Shown piece after piece: positions 11,640 through 23,375 of a DNA stretch of 64,000 nucleotides. Numbering within the stretch: position 1 is the first letter of the stretch; every line of letters begins with the position of its first letter. This DNA is from Squalus acanthias. Its lineage: Eukaryota. The position numbers were made by a program, and so were the translations under genes. The notes under the pieces are model-generated. The model had not been told where the DNA came from. It saw only the letters and a list, made by a program, of their open reading frames with translations, and ran no database searches. The stretch lies in contig CM059432.1 in assembly GCA_030390025.1 (NCBI GenBank), positions 55,430,001-55,494,000 on the forward strand, in the 5' to 3' direction.

Positions 11640-13991
11640 ACTACACTGTAAACTAAGTTACCTAATTACAAATTTAATTAAATACAACAAGGTCATATAG
11701 GAATGGCAGTGCAGGTGCAACTGCAGCATATGGGAGTTTGTGGAGAGCATTGTGATCCCGGGCAACCACATTTGCAGTAAGTGCCTGCAACTTGAGGAAC
11801 TTCAGCTCAGAGTTTTTGAGCTGGAGTCTGAGGTGCAGACATTGCGGGGCATCAGGGATGGGGAAAGTTCCCTGGACACTTTGATCCAGGAGGCAGTCAC
11901 ACCCCTTGGTTTAAGTAGTGGTACAGGTCTGGTTAGTGATCAGGCACAGGAGGGTGTGACTGCAACTCAGGCAGGTAAATGGACCCCAGGAGCAGTGCTG
12001 GAGGAGCCTCAGCCTTTGCCCTTGTCCAACAGGTATGAGGTGCTTGCTGCCTGTATGGATGAGGGAAAAGCCTGCAGGATGAATGAGCAAGCTGACCATG
12101 GCACCATGGCGCAGGAGGCCATTCAAGTGGGGGAAGTGAAAGGGAATGTAGTTGTAGTAGGGGACAGCATAGTCAGGGGGATAGATACTGTTCTCTGCAA
12201 CCGCGACTAAGAGTTCCGAAGGTTGTGTTGCCTGCCCAGTGCCAGGGTTAAAGACATCTCCTCGCGACTGGAGAAGAACTTGGAGTGGGAGGGGGAGGAT
12301 CCAGTTATCGTGGTCCATGTAGGAACCAACGACATAGGTAGAACTAGAAGTGAGGTTCTACTGAGGGAGTTTGAGGAGCTAGGATCCAAATTAAAAAGCA
12401 GAACCTCAAAGGTAATAATCTCTGGATTGTTACCTGAGGTTTAAATGCGTGGCTCAAAGAGTGATGTGGGAGGAAGGGGTTTCAGTTCATGGGGCATTAG
12501 CACCAGTATGGGGAAAGAGGGAGCTGTTCCGTTGGTACGGGCTCCACTTAAACTGGGCTGTGACCAGTGTACTGGCGAACCAAATAACTAGGGCAGTAGA
12601 TAGGGCTTTAAACTAATGAAGGGGGTGGGGTGGGGGGATTCAGGAAAGAGTAAATTTAAAAGCAGCGAGAGAAATGTCAAGGCTCTAGAGCAGAGTAGAG
12701 TTTTGGGTAAAAATAAGCAGAGTGGGACAGAGAGTAACAAAGGTAATAAGGCATCAGTGACTAAGGTGACATCAAGGAAAAATAGAAATAAGTCAAAGCT
12801 AAAGGCACTATATCTGAATGCACGAAGCATTCACAACAAAATAGATGAATTAATAGCGCAGATAGAAATTAACAGGTTTGATCGAATAGCCATGAGGGAG
12901 AAGTGGTTGCAAAGTGGCCAAGGTTGGGAACTAAATATTCCAGGATACTTAACTTTTAGAAGAGATAGGCAAAATGGAAAAGGAGGAGGGGTAGCCCTGA
13001 TAATAAAGGATGGGATAAAGACAATAGAGTGAAAGGATCTCAGCTCCGAAAATCAAAAAGTAGAATCAGTTTGGGTGGAGCTAAGAAACAGCAAGGGGCA
13101 GAAAACATTGGTGGGAGTTGTTTATAGGCCCCCAAACAGTAGTTATAATGTAGGGCAGAGTATAAATCAGGAAATTAGAGGCACATGTCACAAGGGTAAT
13201 ACAGTAATCATGGGGGACTTTAATCTACATATAGACTGGGCAAACCAAATTTGCAGTAATAGTGTGGAGGACAAATTCATGGACTGTATCCAAGATAGTT
13301 TTCTAGATCAGTATGTTAAGGAACCAACTAGGGAACAGGCTATTTTAGATCTAGTATTGTGCAATGAGAAAGGGTTAATTAATAATTTTGTAGTAAAGGG
13401 GCCTTTAGGGAAGAGTGACTATAATATGATAGAATTTTATATTGAGTTTGAAAGTGATTTAGTCAAATCCAAAACTAGGGTCTTAAATCTAAACAAAGCA
13501 AACTACATAGGTATGAGGGGCGAGTTGGCTAAGGTAGATTGGCAAACTACATTAAAAGGTATGACGGTAGACAAGCAATGGCTAGCATTTAAAGAATTAA
13601 TACATAATTTACAACAAATATACATTCCTTTAAAGCACAAAAACCCCACAGGAAAAGTGGTCCAACCGCACAAGTGGTCCAACCGTGGCTAGCAAGAGAA
13701 GTTAAAGATAGTATTAGATCAAAGGAAGAGGCTTATAATGTTGCCAAAAATAGTAAGCCTGAGGATTGGGAGGATTTTAGAATTCAGCAAAGGAGGACCA
13801 GGAAATTGTTAAAGAAAGGGAAAATAGAATATGAGAGTAAACTAGCGAGAGACATAAAAACAGACTGTAAAAGCTTTTATAGGTATGTAAAAAGGAAAAG
13901 ATTAGCGAAAGTAAATGTGGGTCCCTTACAGGCTGAGACAGGAGAAATTATAATGAGGAATAAAGAAAAGACAAAGAAATTAAACAAATAC
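11640..13991 (+). mobile_element. CR1 5' half: ORF1 (esterase) and ORF2 APE domain, lacking its RT/3' end
   Basis: CSKC coiled coil, VVGDSIVRG, VHVGTNDIG, YLNARS, YRPP, GDFN; stops abruptly at a TIR element. Confidence 0.88.
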
Positions 13992-13994
13992 ATT

Positions 13995-14790
13995 GGCCGG
14001 AATTTTGCTGGCGCTCGGGGCAGGTTTGGAGGCGGGACATCCGGCAAAATCGCAAAGATTGACAGTGGGCAGGAAACCCGCTGTCAACTCACCTCCAATC
14101 AATCTTCCCAAGTGTCGGGTCCCCGATTTGCGCATGGACCCAACACCTAGCGGCGGGAAGAGGATTATAACAACCTTTAACAGGCAGTTAAGTGGTTAAC
14201 AGGCAGTTAACAGGCTCTTTTGCAATTTTGACACTTCTACTTCTGGTTCCCTGACGTCCGGACACCAGGCCAGGTAAGTGTGGCATGTTGTGAGTCTGCT
14301 GTAATGTTTCTGCATTGATGACAGCTGCAGAAATGGTGTGAAGGATCCAATGGTGCACTGGTGAGTTTCAGAGGTAAGAGGTAAGAAAATGTTGGGAAAT
14401 TCATTTTTAATGCATTTAGACTTTTCTATAGGTAACAAGTTTTGAATTGTAGTCCCACCTCATTGGGAGAACCTCTCTCACCAGTGACAGATCGCTTCTG
14501 TAACCTCACCTGCAGCTGCCATCTGTTCTAGCCTAAGGAGGGAGTCACTGGAGAGCCTGGGTGCAAGAACTCACCTGTGAACAGTCATTGTAAGTGTTTG
14601 CAGCACCTCAATGCTGTCAAACACTGAGAAATGAGCTGTCAAAGAAAAATTGTGCATGGTCCCTTTAAGAAAAACAGCAGATGACGCATCACCTCCCCCC
14701 CCCCCCACCACACACAGTCCAGTGAAGGTCTTTCAGAACCCTGATGGAAATCTGAATCATCTGCATATTCCTGTGGCCATAACCTATTAA
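13995..14790. mobile_element. Non-autonomous Harbinger-type element, right end unclear
   Basis: Begins GGCCGGAATTTTG; shares aacaggcagttaa motifs with 56940-57782 and terminal similarity with 22620-23375. Confidence 0.5.
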
Positions 14791-16115
14791 TATAATGTAA
14801 AAAATTCCATAAAATATTCTACAAAATAAGGAAATCCTAGTTTGAATACTGAATTATATGAGGCGGTACAAAAAGATTTAGAAACCATTTTTATCCAAGG
14901 TAGTATATATGTGGCTGACCATGGGAATTTGATGGCGTCGCACAAAAATGAATCTGTAGCCATTTTGAAACAGTTGATTTTTCTGATTTCATAATGACAA
15001 ATTACGCTGAATAGGACATACAACATTCTTCATTGGTAGGTAATTTGTGATCTAAGCATATTTTTGATTTGTTCAGTTTATTTTAAAAATATTAAGGTCT
15101 CAGGTTAATATTTTAATTAACCATCAAAATAACATGCATAGAGATGGAAGTTTATAAACTATGTAAAATAATATATTGCATTGGGCTTTGAAACGTCAAT
15201 TAAATAAATCTAAATTTAAATGTTACTCAAGAGTCCTCATAGAATATTCCAGCATACTTAATGAACCTTCATAAGATCTGGAAATCAAAATATTACCAAA
15301 AAATGCAAACCCACAATTACAAGGTGTTAGATGTTGTAGACTCCAACAAAACATTAGCTCTTCCCCCCCATTTCATGTTTTCATTCAATGGATGTCGAAC
15401 CAGTTTTACAGAACTAAAATGAAAAATAAAGATAATTAAAATCTTATACCTGAATCAGTGGTACATACTATAGAGTTTGGATTATGACAATCCGGCACAG
15501 ACACCTGGCCAAATGGCCTCCTTCTGTGCAGTAAATTTCTATGTTTCTATGACTACGAAAAGATTAGCATTACTGAAAGTTGGTAAGTCACCTGCTCCAG
15601 ATGGAATGCATCCTAGGTTGCTGAAAGAAGCAAAGGTAGAAATAGCAGAGGCATTGGTCACAATCTTTCAATCCTCATTGGATACAGGAGTAGTGCCGGA
15701 GGACTGGAGGCTTGCTAATGTTATACCACTGTTCAAGAATGGGGAGAGGGATAGTCCAGTCAGCCTAACATTGTTGGTGGGGAAGTTATTGGAAACCATC
15801 ATCAGGGCCAAATTAAACATTCATTTGGAAAGGCATGGGCTAATCAAGAAGAGCCAGCATGGATTTGTTAAAGGCAAAATTGTATCTGACTAACTCTTTG
15901 ATGAGGTTTGAGAGAAGGTTGATCAAGGTAGTGCAGTAGATGTTCCATTTTGGTAGGAAGAACAAGGAGAGGCAATATAAACTAAAGGGCACAATCCTAA
16001 GGGAGTGCATGAACAGAGAGACTTGGGGGTATATGTGCACAAATCATTGAAGGTGGCAGGGCAGGTTGAGAAAGCGGTTAAAAAAGTATACAGGATACTG
16101 GGCTTCATAAATAGA

Positions 16116-16347
16116 ATTGAGAGGTCGCACAACACCAGGTTATAGTCCAACAGTTTTATTTGAAATCACAAGCTTTCGGAGCTATCGATTGCCCCTTCCT
16201 CAGGTGAAGTAAACAGATACAGAATCGCCAAAGAAGGGGCAATCGATAGCTCCGAAAGCTTGTGATTTCAAATAAAACTGTTGGACTATAACCTGGTGTT
16301 GTGCGACCTCTCAATTTTGTCCACCCCAGTCCAACACCGGCATCTCC
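16116..16347. mobile_element. Penelope-like element terminus: 84-bp inverted arms plus tail, 14-bp TSD
   Basis: Arms 16115-16198 and 16233-16316. TSD gcttcataaataga at 16102-16115 and 16348-16361. Same family as the GIY-YIG-bearing copy at 48673-49480. Confidence 0.85.
16166..16207 (-). ncRNA. Minimal type I hammerhead ribozyme motif
   Basis: Minus strand reads tcac-CUGAGGA-a-GGGGC(aatcgata)GCUCC-GAAA-GCU-U-gtga: perfect stem I, stem II and palindromic stem III. Confidence 0.7.
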
Positions 16348-16972
16348 GCTTCATAAATAGAGGCATGGAGTACAAAAGCAAAGAAGTTATGATGGACCTT
16401 TATAAAACACTGGTTTGGCCTCAACGGGAGTATTGTGTCCAATTCTGGGCGCCGCACTTTAGGAAGAATGTCAAGGCCTTAGTGAGGGTGCAGAAAAGAT
16501 TTACGAGAATGATTCCAGGGATGAGGGACTTCAGTTATGTGGATAGACTAGAGAAGCTGGGGTTGTTCTCCTTAGAGCAGAGAAGGTTGAGAAGAGGTTT
16601 GATAGAGGTGTTCAAAATCATGAGGGGTCTGGACAGAGTAGATGGAGAGAAATTGTTCCCATTGGCGGAAGGGTCGAGAACCAGAGGACACAGATTTAAG
16701 GGGATTGGCAAAAGAACCAAAGGCGACATGAGGAAAAACTTTTTTACGCAGAAAGTGGTTAGGATCTGGAATGCACTGCCTGAAAGGGTGGTGGAGGCAG
16801 ACTCAATCGTAGGTTTCAAAAGGGAATTGGATAAGTACCTGAAGGAAAAAAATTTGCAGGGCTACAGGGAAATGGTGGGGGAGTGGGACTAGATGAAGTG
16901 CTCTTGCAGAGAGCTGCCACAGGTTCGACGGGCCGAATGGCCTCCATTTGTGCTGTAACCATTCTATGATTC

Positions 16973-18851
16973 TATATATGGACTTTTGGAAGGCATTTGA
17001 CAAAGTGCCACACAGGAGGCTGATTAAGAAGATGGAAGCCCATGGAAATAAGGGGCAAGTGGCAGTATGGATACAAAATTGGCTCAGTGACAGGAAGCAA
17101 AGGGTAGTGGTGGATGGGTGTTTTCAGACTGGGAGGTAGTTTGCAGTGGTGTTCCCCAAGGGTCAGTTTTGGGTCCATTACTATTTTCAATTTTTATAAA
17201 TAACCTAGACTCGGGTGTAGGGAGCAGCATTATAAAGTTTGCAGATGATACATAACTTAGCAAAGTAATAGTGATGAGGATCGTTATAGGCTTCAGGATG
17301 ACAAACAGGATGGTGAAATGGGCAGAAGCATGGCAGATGGAGTTCAATGTGGAGAAGTGTAAAGTGATGCACTTTGGGAGGACTAATATGGAAAGACAGT
17401 ATACTATAAATGGCACATTTTTGAAAAGTGTAGATGAGCAGAGAGGCCTTGGTGTCCATATACATAAATCCTGAAACGTGGCAGGGCAAGTTGATAAAGT
17501 GGGTAAAAAAGCATATGGGCTACTTGTCATAACTAAGACCACCTATTTCCACCTCTGTAACATCGCCCTACTCCGCCCCTGCCTCAGCTCATCTGCTGCT
17601 GAAACCCTCATCCATGCCTTTGTTATCTCTAGACTTGACTATTCCAACATACACCTGGCTGGCCTCCCACATTCTATCCTACGTAAACTGAGGTCATCCA
17701 AAACTCTGCTGCCCGTGTCCTAACTCACACAAAGTCCCGTTCACCCATCACCCCTGTGCTCGCTGACCTACATTGGCTCCCGGTTAAGCAACGCCTCGAT
17801 TTCAAAATTCTCATCCTTGTTTTCAAATCCCTCTATGGCCTCGCCCCTCCCTATCTCTGCAATCTCCTCCAACCCAGGACCCTCTGAGATATCTGCGCTC
17901 CTCTAATTCTGGCCACTTGAGAATCCCTGATTTTAATCGCTCAACCATTGGCGGCCGTGCCTTCAGCTGCCAAGGCCCTAAGCTCAGGAATTCCTTCCCT
18001 AAACCTCTCTGCCTCTCTTTCCTCCTTTAAGACGGTCCTTAAAACCTACCTCTTTGACTAAGCTTTTGGTCACCTGCCCTAATATTTCTTTAAATAAAAA
18101 TTTCCAACATTCACAGTATTTTGCTCTAATATTTCCTTATGTGGCTCGGTGTCAACTTTTGTTTTATAACACTCCTGTGAAGCCTCTTGAGACGTTTTAC
18201 TATGTTAAAGGTGCTATATAAATACAAGTTGTTGTTGTTGGGTTTATATATAGAGGAATTGAATATAAAAGCAGAGAGATCATGTTAGAACTTTATAAAT
18301 CACTGGTTAGGCCTCAGCTGGAGTATTGTGGACAATTCTGGGCACCACACTTCAGGAAAGATGTGAAGGCCTTAGAAAGGGTACAGAGGAGGTTTACCAG
18401 GAGGTTACCGGGGATGAGGGACTTCAGTTATGAGGAGAGATTGGAAAAGTTAGGACTGTTCTCCTTGGAACAGAGAAGCTTAAGAGGTGACCTAATAGAG
18501 GTTTTCAAGATGATAAGTTTTGATAGGGTAGACAGAGAAAAACTATTCCCTCTGGCGAGTGGGTCAATAACTAGAGGTCATAGATTTAAAATCATTGGCA
18601 AAAGGTCTAGAGGGGAGCTGCAAAGACATTTTTTACTCAGAGTTGTTGGGATCTGGAACGCTCTACCTGAAAAGGTGGTGGAAGCTGATTCCATAAATAA
18701 TTTTTAAAGGGAGTTGGACAGGTACTTGAGGATGAGGAACTTACAGGGTTACGGACAAAAGGCAGGGATGTGGGACTAAGCATGACTGCCTTTTCAAAGA
18801 GCCGGCACAGGCACAATGGGCTTCTGTGCTGTAAGTTTCTATGATTCTATG
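16973..18851 (+). mobile_element. CR1 RT/3' fragment interrupted by an L2
   Basis: MDFWKAFDKVPH...KAYGLL[L2]GFIYRG...LEYCGQFWAPH; TTCTATGATTCTATG tail. Confidence 0.88.
17527..18240 (+). mobile_element. L2 3' fragment nested in CR1
   Basis: ETLIHAFVISRLDYSN, HITPVLADLHWL; tail aaaggtgctatataaatacaa(gtt)n. Confidence 0.9.
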
Positions 18852-19144
18852 AAAATATACAACAATGAATGGACTTAAATAGTTCTTCAATCTTTGCTTT
18901 ACTGTAGCAGTACTGCTCATCTTTATGAAAATTTAATAGCCTCTCTTTTTCCTTTTTTTGAACAGTCATACAACCTGTCAAATAACTGAGGGAAGTTTCA
19001 TTGGTTGATGAACCAGTGTTCACTAAAATCCAGTGCAATTATTTGAAGGTTGTTTTCCTAGCACATTCTAAAAGCCAAAAGAGAATTTTTGTGCACTCAT
19101 ATTTCTGACATGTGTATTCAGGATATTTTTCATCAAATTTAGGA

Positions 19145-19948
19145 CTGCTTCAAACTCTGCCATCCACATCTTATCCCATACTAAGTTCAGGGGGTGCATT
19201 TCCTCAGAGATCTCTTGCTCTGCTGCCATAACTTCGGCAGAAACCCGTTTACTCGCATAAACGGGGTTTCTGTCAAACTTTTAACTGTTACAGCAATGGA
19301 GCGATAGAAACTTCAAGGAAATTCACCCCCCAGTTCACCTATTACCCCTGTCCTTATTGACCTCCATTTCCCCAACACATTTCAAAATGCTTGTCATGGC
19401 CGAACTCCAAATTATCTCAGCATTTGCCCCACCTTGCATCCTCCTCTCTTCCCGTTCCTACTAAACTCTACCATTAGTGGGTAAGCCTTCAGCCATCATG
19501 ATCCTGGATTCCACTCTCCTCCTGAAACCCTCCACCTTGCTACATCTATCTCCATCTTCAAAACCCATGTCTCGAACCACCCCTTACTCTTCTCTTAACA
19601 CTTGCTCAGTGTCCATTTCCCCTTATGTGAAGTGCCCTTGGGACATTTCAGTCCATTAAAGCACTATATACATTATATATTATATTAGAGTAACGTCTTT
19701 ACCCAGAGAGTGGCGAGAATGTGGAACTCGCTACCACAGGGAGTGGTTGAAGTGAATGGTATAGATACATTTAAAGGGAGGCTAGATAAGCATATGAGGG
19801 AGAAGGGAATAGAGGGTTATGCTAGATTAAGAAAGACGGGAGGAGATTCGAGGGGAGCATAAATGCTAGCATGGACTGGTTGGGCCGAATGGCCTGTTTC
19901 TGTGCTGTATATCCTATTCTCTCTGTAATGTAAATACAAGAAGTTGTT
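19145..19948 (+). mobile_element. Old L2 3' remnant, interrupted by a MITE (19191-19330) and a CR1 3' end (about 19695-19930)
   Basis: L2-like aaactctgc...cacctattacccctgtcc; tail gcactatata resumes as aatacaag after the CR1 piece (tggaactcgctacc...gggccgaatggcctg). Confidence 0.6.
19191..19330. mobile_element. ~140-bp palindromic MITE with 3-bp TSD (CAG)
   Basis: TIR ggggtgcatttcct / aggaaattcacccc; central hairpin cagaaacccgttta...taaacggggtttctg. Confidence 0.7.
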
Positions 19949-22619
19949 TCGATTGTCTTTTGATCACCTGTCTAATTGTCTGATATACGATTAGTATTTT
20001 TTCATAAACTGTATAATGTTGGACTTACATGAAATTAACATTTTTCATAAACATTGGGAGATTAGTTACATTAAAAATAAAAACATTTTGTCTGTAAAGA
20101 AATCATTTCAAACAATATTTCAGTTTAAATGTCAATTTAATACATTCAAAGTAAACTAACACATTCAAAACAAACTGGAACCACGATTGCAGTAAGACAA
20201 TTTGACACAAACATTGTACAAATGTTGAAACTTGAGGTAGGTCTGGTTGGCAAAACAAAATTCACCATATTTTGGGATCCAAAACGTAATTAAATTCAGA
20301 ATTAACATAATGATAAAGCAGCAATTAGATAAAACATCCTATAGAGTTACAAAAAGCCATTGCATAATTTAAGCTTCACAGTTAAGTTGTTCATATTCTA
20401 CAGCTAACCTAATACTAGATTTTGTATTTGAATCAACTACTGTTCACATGCAACAAAAAAAAGATTACTCACCTTCAGGTGTAGTACTCATTTTTTTGAA
20501 TGAAGGTATCCTACACAGACCATTGAGTAAACTATCCAAATCAACTGGGAAAATCAATGAGAACTTTCAGGCTGGAGTGGGGCATTTCCTTCCCACACAA
20601 CTTAAGGGAGTCTTTCAAGTGGGCATCTTCAGGTTTAACTTTTTTTGTAATTGTGTTACTTCACACACCTCTCCCATTTCAACTGTTACATATGAAAGCA
20701 ACAGTTCTAGATCCGGAGAAAAGATGTGCTTTTGCATTTAAAGCCTACTTCAAAACTCCGGCATGGTAGAATCTACAATGCGCATGTTTCTCAAGACATA
20801 ACCTGGAAGAAGGGCATTGTGGGCTGTATAGGAGACAAAGCCAATGGCTCGGTCACATTTTAAGATATGGTGTCAAGGTGCAATGGTGTTTGAGCACTGG
20901 AAAGGTGGTTAAAAAGAGAGGGGAAGCAGAACCTGGAAACACATGCCTTGTCAGGATATTGTCAACTGTGATGTTTCTGCCAAAGCCAAATCTATTAGTA
21001 TAATTCAGAGCACTTGGGAAAGTACCATACCATTAAGTATAGCTAAGGAGGTTGGGTAAGGAGCCTCAAAACCAGGATAATGAAGATGAGTGTGAAGGCT
21101 ATAAGATTAGCAAGTATCAAACCTATGGCTCTCTCACCCTTGTGGTGTCCCTTGGGAGTGCAACATACTCTACCTCTAACCAAGGACTGCTTTGAGGTGG
21201 ACTTTGTAGCATAATCAATACATCAGAACTTTGGGTAAGAACTTAACATGGGATATATTATTAGCTTCAGTGACCCTCATTCAGTTACTGGTGATATCTA
21301 GTGAATCTGCAGGGGTCCAAAAGCATGGGTGCTGGCAATTGACATAAAGGTAATGTGTACAAGGGGCCCTGGAGATGGCAAGTATGAGGATCATTGCAAT
21401 CAGTACTAGATACTTAAAACCTGTTAAAGACACTTTTACAGCTCCTCTGATGGCCAAAGGGTAAGGTGTTGCCCGATGTCGCACAAGACCTGCTGACACT
21501 TCCAGCTTTATTTATCACCAGCATTAATTAATTTAAAATAAATGGATTAACAACAGTGCTAAAATGCTGTCAAAACTCACAGATACCAATGTTTCAAAAA
21601 AACCTGTTTCTGAACCCTTCCCCCCACCCCATGTCTCGGAGGCCGGAGTGCTGCTTGGACATTATCTGTCCCTTAACTTTCAATTTGGTGAAGATATTCT
21701 CCTGAAATGCCAAATTCACTATTCAGGTTTTGAGTCATTCGGCACCCACAAAATGTGGGGACAGGCAAGCTGTAAGAAATGGATTGGTGGTTTGGCAGTG
21801 CTTTGTCAATACTTAAAAATGGAGTCTGCTGACTTATAGTCAGAGTTTTGTGAAAGGTATTGTTGTGCATGCATGGACAACATCCCGTAGTTCCTTTACT
21901 TGCTGCTAAGCCAAGGCAGTCTGATAAATTTGATCAGTAGTGAAACATGCCTATCTCAAGGGCATGATACAAAGTCTAATGCTAACAGAAACTCGATGTC
22001 TAGACTCTTTCCTGGGTTGGGGATGAAGTACATGAACCATACCGGAGAGAATTTGCTGAGAGGGGAGCTAATTTCATTGATCAATTTAGGATTGGTTATC
22101 TGTACAGTTTATCTACTAAACTATATTTCAAACTACTTTGAATATTCAAAACTCTACAAAACCTTACCACACCAAGGCATGCAGTGGTAAATCAATGTAT
22201 TTTTCAGCCTAAAACCTGGTATGCTTATATTTGAGAACAATTCCACTTGGGTAATAACAGCACTAAAAGATAACTGCCCCTGTATCGGGAACCAAAGTTA
22301 GAAGTTATAGGATCTGATTCCTCTTCCTCTAATATCAGGAACGCAGAGAAATACACCCTTAGCTACCAAAAATTCAATAGCACCTGGAGAAGACTACCTG
22401 TCACAAAGCAGAGATGAGGAGACTGGTGCTAGTTCCTCTTGCAGCTTTTACTATATGATCATGTGTAGCTTATAAAAATATTTGAAAAGAGACTAGAGTT
22501 ATAGGGAATTCTTTCCTAAAAAGGTCTGCTTTTCCTTTATTCCCATCTTGTGCTATATATTGGATTTAGAGCTTAGGAACAGGGGACGTTAAGGGGCTGC
22601 TTAGAATTTCAAACACAAT

Positions 22620-23375
22620 GGGCTGGATTTTGTCTTGGGGTGGGTCGTGTAATCCGCATTTCGTGTTTCCCCCCCCTGACTCCAGATTAATGTGGATGCC
22701 TGATGCAATTTTCACTTAATTGGGCAATTGAGTTGCAGCATGTGGGAACCCATGAACTAATTAGTGTTTTCAGTCTGAAAGTCGCCTCTGATGATGTCAT
22801 CATTGCTGACTAGTCTCAGAGACTGTTGGCGAGAGAGGACTTGCCTGGCTTTTGATGTGAGTGGACCTGGATGCAAAAATGGGGGGGGGGAGGAGAGGGA
22901 GAGGCAGAGGGAGAGAGATTGAAAGAGAGAGATTGAGAGATTTTGCCAAGCAAGTCCTCCCAGGCAGTCTCTGAAGACATTCAATATAGCAGCATCAGAG
23001 GCGACGTTCAGACCTAATACTACTACTACCTTCATCACATCTCCGTTGTAATAGTGGACCTGCAGCTGACTATCAGCTATCCACTTGTGCTTCCGCCAGG
23101 TTTCACTGCCGTGTTTCACACCAGGCGTGCTTCACGTCAGAAGAGGGTTAAACTAGCTACAGCGTTTCAAAATGGCATTACAGAGCCAATTTAGAGCTTG
23201 TTAAGGGCTTTAATGGCCTCTCCCGCCTCTTGAAGGCGGGACGGAGTCAGGAACCCTGTGACTGATTCTGTCAAAATTGCGTGGAGGCGGGATGGGGTCG
23301 GAAACCCCGACCACGCAAATTTAACCCCCCACACGCCTCCAAACCCGACTCCATGGGTCATTCAAAATCTAGCCC
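22620..23375. mobile_element. Harbinger-type non-autonomous element, TSD AAT
   Basis: TIR gggctggattttg / caaaatctagccc; aat at 22617-22619 and 23376-23378. Confidence 0.8.

Larger units (their letters stand above)
15556..16972 (+). mobile_element. CR1 ORF2/3' fragment with internal deletion; hosts a Penelope-like insertion
   Basis: KSPAPDGMHPRLL...QHGF, then GFINRGMEYKS...WD*; ATTCTATGATTCTAT tail. A short CR1 tail precedes it at about 15490-15553. Confidence 0.9.
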
